From assembly GCA_023135865.1 (NCBI GenBank), contig JAGLSG010000064.1:8311-72310 (forward strand): DNA of 64,000 nt. Direction: 5' to 3'. Position 1 is the first letter of the stretch. The number at the start of each line of letters is the position of its first letter. A model generated the notes under the pieces. That model was given only the letters and a program-made list of their open reading frames with translations, was not told the DNA's origin and made no database searches. The DNA is from Planctomycetota bacterium (lineage in GTDB: Bacteria > Planctomycetota > Phycisphaerae > Sedimentisphaerales > Anaerobacaceae). A program made the position numbers and the translations under genes. Below, piece by piece: positions 35,485 to 46,000 of the stretch.

Positions 35485-37881
35485 TCAATCCTGAGGATAG
35501 ATGATTATGCGGTCGTGAATGAGCGTTACAATATCGTTTTTGCCGTCTCCTGTAACATCAGCTATTTTCAATTCGTGCGGCTCAACATTATTACGATTAC
35601 TTTTTTCACCACGATAACTTTTCTTATCAAATATCTTGAAACGCATCGCAGGGACAGGTTTCATTTGAAAATCAAGAGCAAGTATTTCAAGATAATTGCG
35701 GCGATACTCAACCATAACAATATCCGGCTTTCCGTCGGAATTAATATCGCCTGCCGCAAAATTGCCGTATCCACCGTCTTTTAACTCGGTTTCATAGCTG
35801 AACTGCTTTTCCAAACGCTGCGGAATGCTGTCAGCATCAGGCGGTGTTACAATTGCAAATTTTTCACCGTCAAACAACAAAATACTTTTGGCTTTACTAC
35901 CGGTCAGCGGAGCAAAGAGCATTTTCAAATGAGTCGCAGTATTCCACTTGCCAACATCCAATTCCTTTTCCAGCCGATAGGTCTTGTCTTCACCAATTTT
36001 TAATATCTGAAGCTGACCTTTTTGGCCGTCCAAAAGCAAAATGGCTGGCTGCTCGTTTAAATTTTCACCACCAAGAGCAAAAGCAGCAACAGCTGATACT
36101 TTATTTTCAACACCCTTGGCATTATATTGGTCAACAACAGTCCAGATTCGGCTGTCTGAAAAAATCAAACTCCTTGCAAAATTATTTTGAGCAATTAGTA
36201 ACTCCTCACCAGCTGAATTATCCACATCGGCAATCGCAATGGAACTTTGGCTGGCATCTTTAATCAAACTGGCCTGCGATTGTGAAGAATCAATTATCTT
36301 AAATTCGCCCGGCTTAATCTGACGAATCAGCACGGCCGGAGGATTGTAATTGTCAAAAACAAGAACGTCCTTTAAGCCGTCCTGGTCAACATCAACAATC
36401 TTCAAACCATCAGGATTTGAACTAAATCCTTCAAGCTCCAGTGCAAATGAAGCTATTTTTTTTGTTTTTTTATCATCAACCGCTGCAAAATTATAAATCA
36501 CCCTCATAAACCGGTTATCATTGGCATCTTTGGACACGTAAAGACAATCAACTTTGCCATCGTTGTCAACATCAGCAAGTTCCATAGCCAACGGCTCGCC
36601 AATTAAATCTATCGGCTTGGGAAATGAAAACCTGTCATTCTCAAATCTGCTTATTCCAATTACTTTTTCCTTAACACTCAAAACTGCAACTTCATCCTTT
36701 TTATCTCCGTCAATATCAGCTACGGATAAACTTTCAATATCAGCAAAAGCAGGAAATTTTTTCGGCTCAGCTAATCCTGAACCTGGCAATTGTTTATAGA
36801 AAACCAATTCAGCTGCCGCCGGCTCACTTATCACAACATCAGACAAACCATCACCATCAAAATCGCCGAGCTGCAAATCACGTTTTGAACTTCCATCACC
36901 AGATTCCAGCGGATAAAAAAACGCCGGCCAGTCAGCATTATCACGACTTTCAGATGCAAATTTATAGCAGCTCAACCGCCAACTAATACTGTCAATAGTC
37001 AGCATCTCATCGCCGGCCTGATTATCAATATCACAAAGCTCCATTGCATACGGCTTTTCAATAAAAAATTGTATCTGAGGTCCAAGCTGGCCACTGACAA
37101 GGCCAAATCTTACATTGACTGGCTTTTCCTTATTATTAGTTACAAGGATAAGGTCATTTATGCCATCGCCATTTAAATCACGCGCTTCAATACCAAATAT
37201 TTGTTCAGTAACAGGATACTTAATTGGTTCCGCAAGTGAGCCATCCTTTTTCTGCAAAATAATATAAACTTTATTGCGAGCAGCCAGAGCCAAATCAGAA
37301 AGCCCGTCATTATTCAAATCGGCACACACCAAAGCATTCAAAGTTAGCAGGCCATCATCAATGTCTATTTTTTTTCTTTCCTGCCAGCTTAAACTATCCG
37401 CAGATTCAAGAGCACCATCAGTTGTTTTTTGCAATATTACATATAAACCCTTCGGCTCGCCGTAAAAGGCCAAATCTGTCATTGCATCCGAATTCAAATC
37501 GCCGCAAACAAAACTGAATATTTTCTGCGAAACAGCTACCGACTGCTTGCTAAATCGAGTTGGAATGTCTCCAAAAATATCATTTATGTCCACATCATCT
37601 GCATCAAGAGCTGCTGGCGTTTTGCCGGGACAGATGGCTTCTTTTTGAATTAAAAGCTCAATTCTCGCTTTTCGATTGTTGACAACAGCAATATCGTTTC
37701 GGCTATCGCCATCAAAATCAGCTATTCTCAAGCCGTTTATGCCCCAGTTCAGCTTGATTATCTCTATTTCGCCGAATCCGTAATATGCTGAAATGTCGTT
37801 GAAATCAACCTGGCCGAAACCAATAGCGTTAAAAAAAATACTCACAAAAATAACTACAATTATTGTCTTAATCAGCCGCAC
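35485..37881 (-). CDS. Secreted FG-GAP/VCBS-repeat (integrin-alpha-like beta-propeller) protein
   Basis: 798 aa with a signal peptide. At least 11 Ca-binding-like D-x-D/N-x-D-G-x-x-D motifs (DFDGDSRNDIAV, DLNNDGLSDLA, DLNGDGINDLI, DFDGDGLSDVV, DVDNDGKVDCL, DINSDGKPDIV, DVTGDGKNDIV ...). Confidence 0.8.
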   Translation of the reverse strand: MRLIKTIIVVIFVSIFFNAIGFGQVDFNDISAYYGFGEIEIIKLNWGINGLRIADFDGDSRNDIAVVNNRKARIELLIQKEAICPGKTPAALDADDVDINDIFGDIPTRFSKQSVAVSQKIFSFVCGDLNSDAMTDLAFYGEPKGLYVILQKTTDGALESADSLSWQERKKIDIDDGLLTLNALVCADLNNDGLSDLALAARNKVYIILQKKDGSLAEPIKYPVTEQIFGIEARDLNGDGINDLILVTNNKEKPVNVRFGLVSGQLGPQIQFFIEKPYAMELCDIDNQAGDEMLTIDSISWRLSCYKFASESRDNADWPAFFYPLESGDGSSKRDLQLGDFDGDGLSDVVISEPAAAELVFYKQLPGSGLAEPKKFPAFADIESLSVADIDGDKKDEVAVLSVKEKVIGISRFENDRFSFPKPIDLIGEPLAMELADVDNDGKVDCLYVSKDANDNRFMRVIYNFAAVDDKKTKKIASFALELEGFSSNPDGLKIVDVDQDGLKDVLVFDNYNPPAVLIRQIKPGEFKIIDSSQSQASLIKDASQSSIAIADVDNSAGEELLIAQNNFARSLIFSDSRIWTVVDQYNAKGVENKVSAVAAFALGGENLNEQPAILLLDGQKGQLQILKIGEDKTYRLEKELDVGKWNTATHLKMLFAPLTGSKAKSILLFDGEKFAIVTPPDADSIPQRLEKQFSYETELKDGGYGNFAAGDINSDGKPDIVMVEYRRNYLEILALDFQMKPVPAMRFKIFDKKSYRGEKSNRNNVEPHELKIADVTGDGKNDIVTLIHDRIIIYPQD

Positions 37882-37993
37882 AATAATATCCTCCAGATAA
37901 AATCACTAAATAATCGCAATGCAATACTATATCCACTTATTACGGCAATATCAATAATGCTTTTGTAAACACCTTTATCACAAATACAGCGCA

Positions 37994-38028
37994 TAAAAAA
38001 GGGCCTGTGCCGAATCTCGGCACAGGCC
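37994..38028 (-). terminator. Rho-independent terminator after the PEP-CTERM gene
   Basis: 12-bp stem GGCCTGTGCCGA/TCGGCACAGGCC (38002-38013 / 38017-38028) followed on the minus strand by T6. Confidence 0.75.
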
Positions 38029-38059
38029 ATAAAATACTAAAACAATTAGCCAATACGAA

Positions 38060-38677
38060 TTAACAAATCGAAGATGCTTTCCTTCTGCGAAGCAGGGCTA
38101 ATCCACCAAGACCGAGAAGAGCCATTGTTGCCGGCTCAGGAACCCCTGTAGAAGCCGCAAAACTTGCATCATCAAACTTACCACACTTATCGATACCGGC
38201 AAACTCAATCATAATACGAGCCGTATCGGCAGTAGCCGCAGATGTAGCATTGAAACTAAGCTCCTGCATGGTATCAGTCATGGTAGCGGAAATATCCTCA
38301 GACGCTGAACTAAGAAGGCTTGCACCAGCATACCATTCAATCTTCATACCGTAACTGCCTGCCAAAACACCGGAATCTCTGGAAGCCCATAAAGAATAGG
38401 TGTACTCTGTCGCTGCACTCACCGAAACATCTTGGTAAAAATTGCCCGTTCCGTCATCTCGCCACGTAACCACTGCCATACCCCAGCTATCTGTATGCGC
38501 AGCCCAGCCCTCAACACCTGGCTCAAGCGGGTCTCCAGTATTCGTCCAGTTATCAGCGGATTGTCCACCACCACCATTGGTTTCAAATCCTGCGTTTAAC
38601 AGCAAATTGGCCTGAGCAGTCGCAGCAAAACTCGTTATTAAAACCAAAAGTGCCAAAAAAATTGTTCTGTTATTCAT
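38060..38677 (-). CDS. PEP-CTERM-anchored secreted protein with CBM4/9-like jelly-roll domain
   Basis: 205 aa with a signal peptide. NLLLNAGFETNGG... is a CBM-like start. C-terminal VPEPATMALLGLGGLALLRRRK is a PEP-CTERM sorting signal. It is paralogous to the N-termini of the 43100 and 46209 genes. Confidence 0.8.
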   Translation of the reverse strand: MNNRTIFLALLVLITSFAATAQANLLLNAGFETNGGGGQSADNWTNTGDPLEPGVEGWAAHTDSWGMAVVTWRDDGTGNFYQDVSVSAATEYTYSLWASRDSGVLAGSYGMKIEWYAGASLLSSASEDISATMTDTMQELSFNATSAATADTARIMIEFAGIDKCGKFDDASFAASTGVPEPATMALLGLGGLALLRRRKASSIC

Positions 38678-38743
38678 AATATTCCTCCGAAAAATTTAAA
38701 AACACAATTGTTCCCTACACATCACACCAAATCCTCATTTACT

Positions 38744-38899
38744 CTAATCTTTTGAACTGCTAAAATTGTATTCCTCCACAACTTTAAGTATAGATGAAAA
38801 ATTTTCATTTTTAGAGTGGACAACAAAATCTTTTTTCATAACAAAATTCTCTAAATGCTTGTTGTCAGCTTTCAGTTTTTTGTTTCGTAATGATTTCAT
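38744..38899 (-). CDS. Possible 51-aa small ORF upstream of the PEP-CTERM gene (speculative)
   Basis: My own translation is MKSLRNKKLKADNKHLENFVMKKDFVVHSKNENFSSILKVVEEYNFSSSKD. GGAGA lies 8 nt upstream of the ATG. The region is AT-rich, so a chance ORF is plausible. Confidence 0.2.
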   Translation of the reverse strand: MKSLRNKKLKADNKHLENFVMKKDFVVHSKNENFSSILKVVEEYNFSSSKD

Positions 38900-39145
38900 T
38901 TTATTTTTCTCCGCTATCTGTTGTGTCTATCCTAACCATTACAACTATTTTTCACAATTGCGGCTATTACGTGATTAAAACGCAGTCTAGGGCGGTTTTC
39001 AAAATTATCCGAAAAGACCAAATAAGAACTGTAAATATAGGACGTTCGATTAAAAATTAGTCAAAATCGAGTTAAAAAAACCAAAAACAATTATCCTTGC
39101 AACATCAACTAATAAAAAGTAAACTACTAAATCTGATTATTATCA

Positions 39146-39228
39146 GGGTCGGTGCCCGAGTGGCTAAAGGGGATGGGCTGTAAACCCATTAGCGTAAGCT
39201 TACGCAGGTTCGAATCCTGCCCGGCCCA
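39146..39228 (+). tRNA. tRNA-Tyr (GUA), class II with long variable arm, no encoded CCA
   Basis: Hand-folded. Acceptor GGGUCGG/CCGGCCC (one G-U pair), anticodon stem AUGGG/CCCAU, loop CUGUAAA, T-arm GCAGG-UUCGAAU-CCUGC, discriminator A. Confidence 0.93.
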
Positions 39229-39292
39229 CTGTTTCAACAAGTTCGGTTTTTGAAAACAATTCGAGTTGACACTTTTTTAGAAAGAAACGGAT

Positions 39293-40048
39293 ATGAAAAA
39301 GACGGCTCTGGTAAGCATGCTAATCCTGACATATATTTGCAGCTCAGCAAATGCAAAAGAAGACAAGCTCGGCGTTACCTTAGATTTAACGTATGTGAGT
39401 AAATGGATGAGTAAAGGTGCCCAGGGCTACGGTCAGCAAGGCGGACTTTTTAAGACAATCGATGTTGATTTTTATGATACGGGATTTGGAGTAAAAGTTA
39501 CTCATCGCAACGCCACTGCCAGCGGATATGTTGACAAAGAAAGATTTGATTTCAGACCTTATTACAAAAATGTGCTTTTCGCTGACGAACCATATACCAC
39601 AAACTATAATGTCAGCGTTGGAATTGAATACTATCCCGGCCTTGCTGCGAGTAAAGCAAACACCACTTATGAATGGGTATTTGCTTTTTCATGGCCGAAT
39701 ATTCTGCCAAAGGGATTCGTTCCGAGCTATATCGCCAATTATGAATACCCTGCAGAACACAATTTTATTGGTGCTACCGGCTGGGTACACCGATTTTTGC
39801 TCGGTTATGATATGGAAACTTCGGCATTGCCTAAGCCGCTGCATCTATCTTCGGAAGTTGCTTATACAGACGGATTGGGCGGCGCATCGCATGACTGGTC
39901 ATACGCAACCTTTGGTGCCTCGACAAAATTTGATATTACAAATAACCTTTGCTTTGTTCCTGGAATTTATCAGCAAATATCGATGGATGATTCCGTCTGC
40001 AAAGGCGATGTAACATACTGCAAGCTGAGTATGAAATATAAATTCTAA
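39293..40048 (+). CDS. Putative outer-membrane beta-barrel protein (TorF/porin-like)
   Basis: 251 aa. Signal peptide ...CSSANA, alternating amphipathic strands rich in Y/G, C-terminal ...LSMKYKF (terminal Phe typical of OMPs). Confidence 0.45.
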   Translation: MKKTALVSMLILTYICSSANAKEDKLGVTLDLTYVSKWMSKGAQGYGQQGGLFKTIDVDFYDTGFGVKVTHRNATASGYVDKERFDFRPYYKNVLFADEPYTTNYNVSVGIEYYPGLAASKANTTYEWVFAFSWPNILPKGFVPSYIANYEYPAEHNFIGATGWVHRFLLGYDMETSALPKPLHLSSEVAYTDGLGGASHDWSYATFGASTKFDITNNLCFVPGIYQQISMDDSVCKGDVTYCKLSMKYKF

Positions 40049-40069
40049 AACAACCAGGCAATTTCACTT

Positions 40070-41425
40070 ATGGCAAAAACTATGGAAAAGACAGATGTAT
40101 TGGTAATTGGCGGCAGTGCCGCAGGTATCGTAGCAGCAACAACCGGAAAAGCTAACTATCCAGATAAAGATTTTCTTCTCATCCGCAAAGAAAAACAGGT
40201 ACTCGTTCCCTGTGGAATTCCATACATATTCGGCTCGCTCGAAAGTAGCGATAAAAATGTTATACCTGATGGGGTTTTGAGCAAAGCGTGTGTAAATCTC
40301 AAAATCGGAGAAGTGGTTTCCGTCAACCCTGAAAATAAAACATGCAAAACAAACGACGGCACTGAAATCAGCTTTGAAAAACTTGTGCTGGCAATCGGCT
40401 CTATCCCGACAACGCCAAAATGGCTAAAAGGGACAACGCTTAAAAACGTCTTTACCATCCCAAAGAACAAAGAATATATCGATAACGCAATAAATAAACT
40501 CAAAGATTGTAAAAAAATCGTTACTGTCGGCGGCGGCTTTATAGGCGTTGAAATATCAGATGAGCTAAACAAAAAAAATAAAGATGTAACCCTTGCTGAG
40601 ATACTGCCACATATATTAACACTCGCCTTTGATAAAGAGTTGGCCGTCAAGGCAGAAGAAATCCTTCAATCAAGAGGAGTAAAAATAAAAACCGGCCAGG
40701 GAGTAAAGGAAATACTGGGAAATGAAGAAGTTACCGCTGTTCTATTAAATAACGGCGAAAAAATAGAAGCTGATGCAGTAATTTTGTCTATGGGTTACCG
40801 TCCAAATACAACTCTTGCGGAAAAATCAGGAATAAAAATCAACGAAAAGGGCTTCGTTCGCGTAGATGAATATATGAGAACAGAGGATGCGGACATCTTC
40901 GCTGTGGGCGATTGCGCCGAAAAGAAAGATTTTATCACAAGAAAACCAAGCGGAGCTATGCTTGCTTCAACCGCCTGCGCAGAAGCAAGAATCGCAGGTA
41001 TGAATCTTTACAAATTGTCCACATTGAAAACACTCAGCGGAACAATTGCTATTTTCTCCACCGCAATAGGCGAAACCGGATTCGGGGCAGCCGGATTGAT
41101 AGAAAGTGCCGCTAAAAGAGAGGGCTTTGACGTTGTAACAGGCAGCTTTGAAGGTATTGACAAACATCCTGGAACGCTATCCGGCACACACAAACAAATC
41201 GTCAAACTAATCGTAGCGAAAGAATCGGCTGTGGTACTCGGGGGCGAAGTCGTAGGCGGAGCAAGCATTGGCGAACTGACAAATCTAATTGGTCTTGTCA
41301 TCCAAAACAGGATGACTATAAATTCTATTCTAACGGCTCAGATTGGAACGCATCCGTTGCTTACCGGCCCGCCAACTGCATATCCACTAATCAAGGCCGC
41401 AGAAGCCGTTGCAAAAAACATTTAA
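40070..41425 (+). CDS. FAD-dependent pyridine nucleotide-disulfide oxidoreductase (NADH oxidase/CoA-disulfide reductase family)
   Basis: VLVIGGSAAGIVAA (FAD), VPCGIPY (redox Cys), VTVGGGFIGVEISDEL (NAD), FAVGDCA. Confidence 0.85.
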   Translation: MAKTMEKTDVLVIGGSAAGIVAATTGKANYPDKDFLLIRKEKQVLVPCGIPYIFGSLESSDKNVIPDGVLSKACVNLKIGEVVSVNPENKTCKTNDGTEISFEKLVLAIGSIPTTPKWLKGTTLKNVFTIPKNKEYIDNAINKLKDCKKIVTVGGGFIGVEISDELNKKNKDVTLAEILPHILTLAFDKELAVKAEEILQSRGVKIKTGQGVKEILGNEEVTAVLLNNGEKIEADAVILSMGYRPNTTLAEKSGIKINEKGFVRVDEYMRTEDADIFAVGDCAEKKDFITRKPSGAMLASTACAEARIAGMNLYKLSTLKTLSGTIAIFSTAIGETGFGAAGLIESAAKREGFDVVTGSFEGIDKHPGTLSGTHKQIVKLIVAKESAVVLGGEVVGGASIGELTNLIGLVIQNRMTINSILTAQIGTHPLLTGPPTAYPLIKAAEAVAKNI

Positions 41426-41428
41426 CAG

Positions 41429-42139
41429 ATGTATTCTACCAACCGCTTATTCGATACAAACAAATTAATTGTGTCGCTGCTTGCTATCATCCTGACAGCC
41501 ATCGGCTGCGTCCGTGACAATCCTGAAAAAAACAGCTTCACTATCACAGAAGGGGATTTGTTCTTTCAGGACATCGATTGTGGCCAGCTCTGCGATGCAA
41601 TTGAAAAAGTTACAACCGGCTTCAATGGAGCAAATCTTTCGCACGTTGGCATTATTGCAAAAAATAATGACAGCAATTTTATCGTAATTGAAGCAGTATC
41701 AGACGGCGTTCAAGCTACGCCATTACAAACTTTTCTAAACCGAAGTTTCGATGTAAATAATCAACCGAAAGTTATAGTCGGACGCTTAAAACCACCTTTT
41801 CGTTTTTTGATACCTCTTGCAATCAAAGAAGCAATTGCCCTTCAAGGCAAGCCCTATGACAAAGTATTTGCCATCGACAATAATCGTTACTATTGCTCTG
41901 AACTTATCTACGAAATATTTTTGCGAGCCAATGGCAACAAGCCGGTATTCAAATTACAGCCAATGACATTTGCCGAGCCGGATACAGAAGAGATTATGCT
42001 TGTGTGGAAAGAGTATTTTGCCGAATTGGATGTTCCTGTTCCACAAGGCCAGCTCGGCATCAATCCAGGCGGCATCTCATGTTCGCCGGCTTTAACTATC
42101 GTTCATATATATGGTATTCCAGATGGCTTTAATCAATAA
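41429..42139 (+). CDS. YiiX/YaeF-family permuted papain-like amidase lipoprotein
   Basis: Lipobox LTAIGC, GDLFFQD, SHVGII, GKPYDKVF, YYCSELIYEIF. Confidence 0.65.
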   Translation: MYSTNRLFDTNKLIVSLLAIILTAIGCVRDNPEKNSFTITEGDLFFQDIDCGQLCDAIEKVTTGFNGANLSHVGIIAKNNDSNFIVIEAVSDGVQATPLQTFLNRSFDVNNQPKVIVGRLKPPFRFLIPLAIKEAIALQGKPYDKVFAIDNNRYYCSELIYEIFLRANGNKPVFKLQPMTFAEPDTEEIMLVWKEYFAELDVPVPQGQLGINPGGISCSPALTIVHIYGIPDGFNQ

Positions 42140-42209
42140 ACGACAGAAAACACTGGCAAAAGCTGAAATCTTTCTTACACTAAGGTCTCAATTAAACGGA
42201 GCCGAATAA

Positions 42210-43097
42210 ATGACAGCGAAAATTATCGATGGCAAACAAATAGCCGCTCAAATGCGGTCTGAATTAAAACAGGAAGCGGCAACACTAAAACAGAAAAACA
42301 TCATCGCCGGCTTGGCAGTTATTCTCGTAGGCGAAGACCCAGCTTCACAATCTTACGTTACAGCTAAAGAGAAGGCCTGCGAAGAAATCGGAATTTATTC
42401 TGACGACAATCGTCTGCCTGCAGAAACCACACAAAAAGATTTAATCGCACTGATTGAAAAAAAGAATGCCGATTCAAAAATAAACGGTATCCTCGTTCAA
42501 TTGCCTCTGCCAAAACATATTAACGAATCTGAAATTCTTTTGGCAATCAGTCCCGAAAAAGATGTCGATGGATTTCATCCGGTAAATATCGGCAAAATGG
42601 TAACAGGTCAAAAAGCATTTCTGCCCTGCACTCCTCATGGAATTGTGCAGCTTCTAATGCGAAGCAAAATTGCTATTGAAGGAGCGCACGTAGTAATCGT
42701 AGGACGCAGTAATATAGTTGGTAAGCCGCTCGCTAATATGCTGATTCAAAAAACCACAACCGGCAATGCAACTGTAACCGTTTGCCACACGCGAACAAAA
42801 GACCTTGCAAATTACACACGTCAGGCCGATATTGTCATTGCCGCAGCTGGAAAACCAAATACCATAACAGCTGATATGGTAAAAGACGGTGCCGCTGTAA
42901 TCGATGTCGGCGTTAACCGCGTTGATGATGCAACTAAAAAACGCGGCTACCGACTCGTCGGCGATGTCGATTTTGAATCGGTCAAAGCCAAAGCAAGTTT
43001 CATCACTCCGGTTCCCGGAGGCGTAGGGCCAATGACAATCACTATGCTGCTCTACAACACAATCGAATCTGCAAAAAAAGCAGCAAAGCTGTTGTAG
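42210..43097 (+). CDS. folD: Bifunctional methylenetetrahydrofolate dehydrogenase/methenyl-THF cyclohydrolase
   Basis: ILVGEDPASQSYV, ILVQLPLPKHI, DVDGFHP, VVGRSNIVGKP, PVPGGVGPMT. Confidence 0.96.
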   Translation: MTAKIIDGKQIAAQMRSELKQEAATLKQKNIIAGLAVILVGEDPASQSYVTAKEKACEEIGIYSDDNRLPAETTQKDLIALIEKKNADSKINGILVQLPLPKHINESEILLAISPEKDVDGFHPVNIGKMVTGQKAFLPCTPHGIVQLLMRSKIAIEGAHVVIVGRSNIVGKPLANMLIQKTTTGNATVTVCHTRTKDLANYTRQADIVIAAAGKPNTITADMVKDGAAVIDVGVNRVDDATKKRGYRLVGDVDFESVKAKASFITPVPGGVGPMTITMLLYNTIESAKKAAKLL

Positions 43098-43099
43098 CC

Positions 43100-46000
43100 C
43101 TACTGAATATCCACATTGCCAAACACAGCTGTACAAAGATTGCCAACGCTGTGTGAAGTAACAGCAAGACCAATATAAATATCCTCGCTCATCGAAATCG
43201 TTTGAGTACTACCCTGCTGCGTCCACGAAGTGCCGTTGGAAGAACGATAGGCCTTAAATGTATCACCCACCCTTACGAGTCGAACCCAATAAGGCAATGA
43301 TAAACTGTATTGCGTAGATGCAGTGGTATCTCCGCCAGTAGTCGAACGCCACTGGAATGTAGCGTTTTTGCTGTCGGGCGTCATCGCCATTAAAACACAT
43401 TTGGAATCAACATAGCGGGACTCGCGTATCATTACGCCAGCTTTTGCCCAATAATCCGTATTGGTCATACTTACAACTCGAGCTGTAATCTGACAATCAC
43501 CGGATAATCTGCGGTACGCATAATGACCCTCATCATAATTACCCCAGAAATCACAGCCGGCACCGGTAACTGTGTATATGCCTCCACTAACATCCAAGCT
43601 TCCATCAACATTAGGATTTCCTAATCTGTCATTGGCAAATTCAACATCCGCAATCGCATCCAGAGCCGGCTGAATTTCAGGATTGGCCATAAACAAATCC
43701 CAGCACAAACCAGTTCGGGAATTCTCCATCATAACCACAATCGGGCCCTGGTCGATGGCTACATAGCCCTGCGCAAACCAGTTCGGGTCTTCATTTAAAT
43801 TAAACGCATCGACAAAACCAAATGCCCCCCACAAACCTTCCTGGCCATAAGTATGATACAAATGTTTCATCGTTGCGAGGGATTCAGCTGGAGTATAGGC
43901 CATCGCAGAAAGAGCCGCAGTAGGAGCGATAGTGCCATCATCTTCAGCTGGAATCGAATGGCCGCCATAGCCCCATGGCCCATAACAGGAGGTAAAGCCC
44001 CATACTAAATCGCTATGCCCAACAAAGCCGCCAGGATTGGCATCAGCGTAAGCACGCTGAATCAGGGATATGTTGCGATTATTGTCAAAATAATTACAGT
44101 ACCAATCGCTCCAGTTCGGGTCGAATCCAAGATAGGAATAATGTGTCCAGAACAGATTTCCGCCGTAAGGCGAACTTCCTCCAACCCACTGTTTGTAGCC
44201 GTAATACTCGTTGCCGTTTGGAAAATTCTCAGAGCCAGCCCAGCCATTATAATAGCAGGAGGCAGGTATCGGATGTGTCGGTGAAGCAACAGCCAGTATG
44301 TACGGAATCATACCTTCATTCCATCCGCCTATCGGCATACCCATATGCCAGTCGTAATTTTCCGACCAGTGCCAATAAAGCCATTCGCTGTTTTCATAAC
44401 CCGTGTCCGTTCGACGCAAGTACCAATACCAATCCAGATCTTCCCACATTGAAGTAACTCTGCTGCGAATTTCTGTTTCAACGGAGTCATTTGCATCAAA
44501 ATACTCACGAACCGTCAGCATACCCTGCATCATAAAAGCGGTTTCAATCAAATCACCACCATCATCATATTCGCTGAATGGAATCGTCTCGCCCGTAGTG
44601 CCGTTAATCCAGTGCGCCCATGCGCCGTGATAACGCTCAGCATCTTCCTCAAGGAAAGTTAATATTTTCAGCAGACGCTCGGCTGCATCAGCTCTTGTAA
44701 CAAAACCACGTTCAATGCCAACACAAATAGCCATCAATCCCATACCACTTCCGCCCGTAGCGCAGTGATCATCGGTATGCTCAGTATTTACATTGTATGC
44801 TTCTCTTGCCAGACCGCTAACAGGATGGCCGTAATCCCAGAAGAATCTAAAGTGTGCTTCCTGAACAGAATCAAGAAGCTCTTCATCAGTCATCGCATAA
44901 GAAGTGGCAGAAACAATACGAGAAGTCGCAGATTCCTCGCCGTCAAGTACGGTCGTTACGTAATAAAAATACGTCTCGTCATTAGTTCCAAAAAAATCAC
45001 TATAAACAGAAATCGCATACAGCGAACTATTCTGTTTGCTAAACGGCCCTAAAGCCGAGGCCGAACGATAGATGTTATAGCCGTCCACATTCGCATCAAA
45101 CGGCCATCTCAAATCGATTCTGCTGTCGTGGCCGGTGGCAATTACAGGCAGATAGGAAACCGTAAAACTCCAAACATCGCCCTGCCACACATCAACGCCG
45201 CTAACTTCATCAATCCGCCAATAATATGTCGTGTTGACATCCATAGTACCCGGCTCAAAACTCGTTTCGGTCTGGTTGCCTTTGAAAGCCGAAGTTTTCA
45301 TCCAGTCATTTGCCATAACAGCAAAATCAAGAAGATTTACTCTACTGTCGCCGGCAATATCCGCTGACGGCGAACCGCTCGGAATTGTCAGCCACTGCTC
45401 GGAAAGTATCGCAATATCATCCCAGTCAACCTCGCTGTCATTGTCAACATCGCCAGTTAAAAATGTCGCATCCGCTTCGTTGACATCGTTAAAATCAGTA
45501 CCAAAGTACACATCGTGCGAAGCAGCATATATTCCCGCCTGCCAGCCAAGGTCAGCATTAGGGTCAACATAATCAGCACCATCAGCTGGACTTGGGCTAT
45601 GGGCAATTGTTGGGGTAAAACTTGCATCATCAAATTTGCCAACTTGAGTAACAGCAACAGAACCGAATATAATACGAGCCGTATCACAGCTGGCAGGAGA
45701 TGTGGCTTCAAGGGTTTGCTGCGTCCAGCTGGATGAAGAAAGTGTGATATTTTTAGAGCTTTCGGAAAGATATGTTGAGCCGTTATACCACTTGATTTTC
45801 ATATAAAACTGGCCACTGAAAGTATCCGGATCTCTTCGAGTCCAAATCTTGTAGATACAGAATGTACTTTCAGTTACACTAACATCCTGATAAACTTCAC
45901 CAGTTCCACCGCCCCGCCATGTAACAATAGACATCCCCCAGCTATCGGTACGTGCTGCCCAAGTTTCGATTCCTGCTGCTTCGGTTTTTGTCCAGTGGTC

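Noticed and set aside
39146-39228. tRNA-Tyr (and tRNA-Pro at 57853-57927) as integration sites of genomic islands
   Set aside because: There is no integrase, no duplicated tRNA 3' fragment, and no phage or plasmid genes nearby. The neighbouring genes look like ordinary chromosomal genes.
39528-40013. 161-aa ORF in an alternative frame
   Set aside because: It lies completely inside the better-supported OMP-like gene (signal peptide, C-terminal Phe) on the same strand. No independent signals support it.
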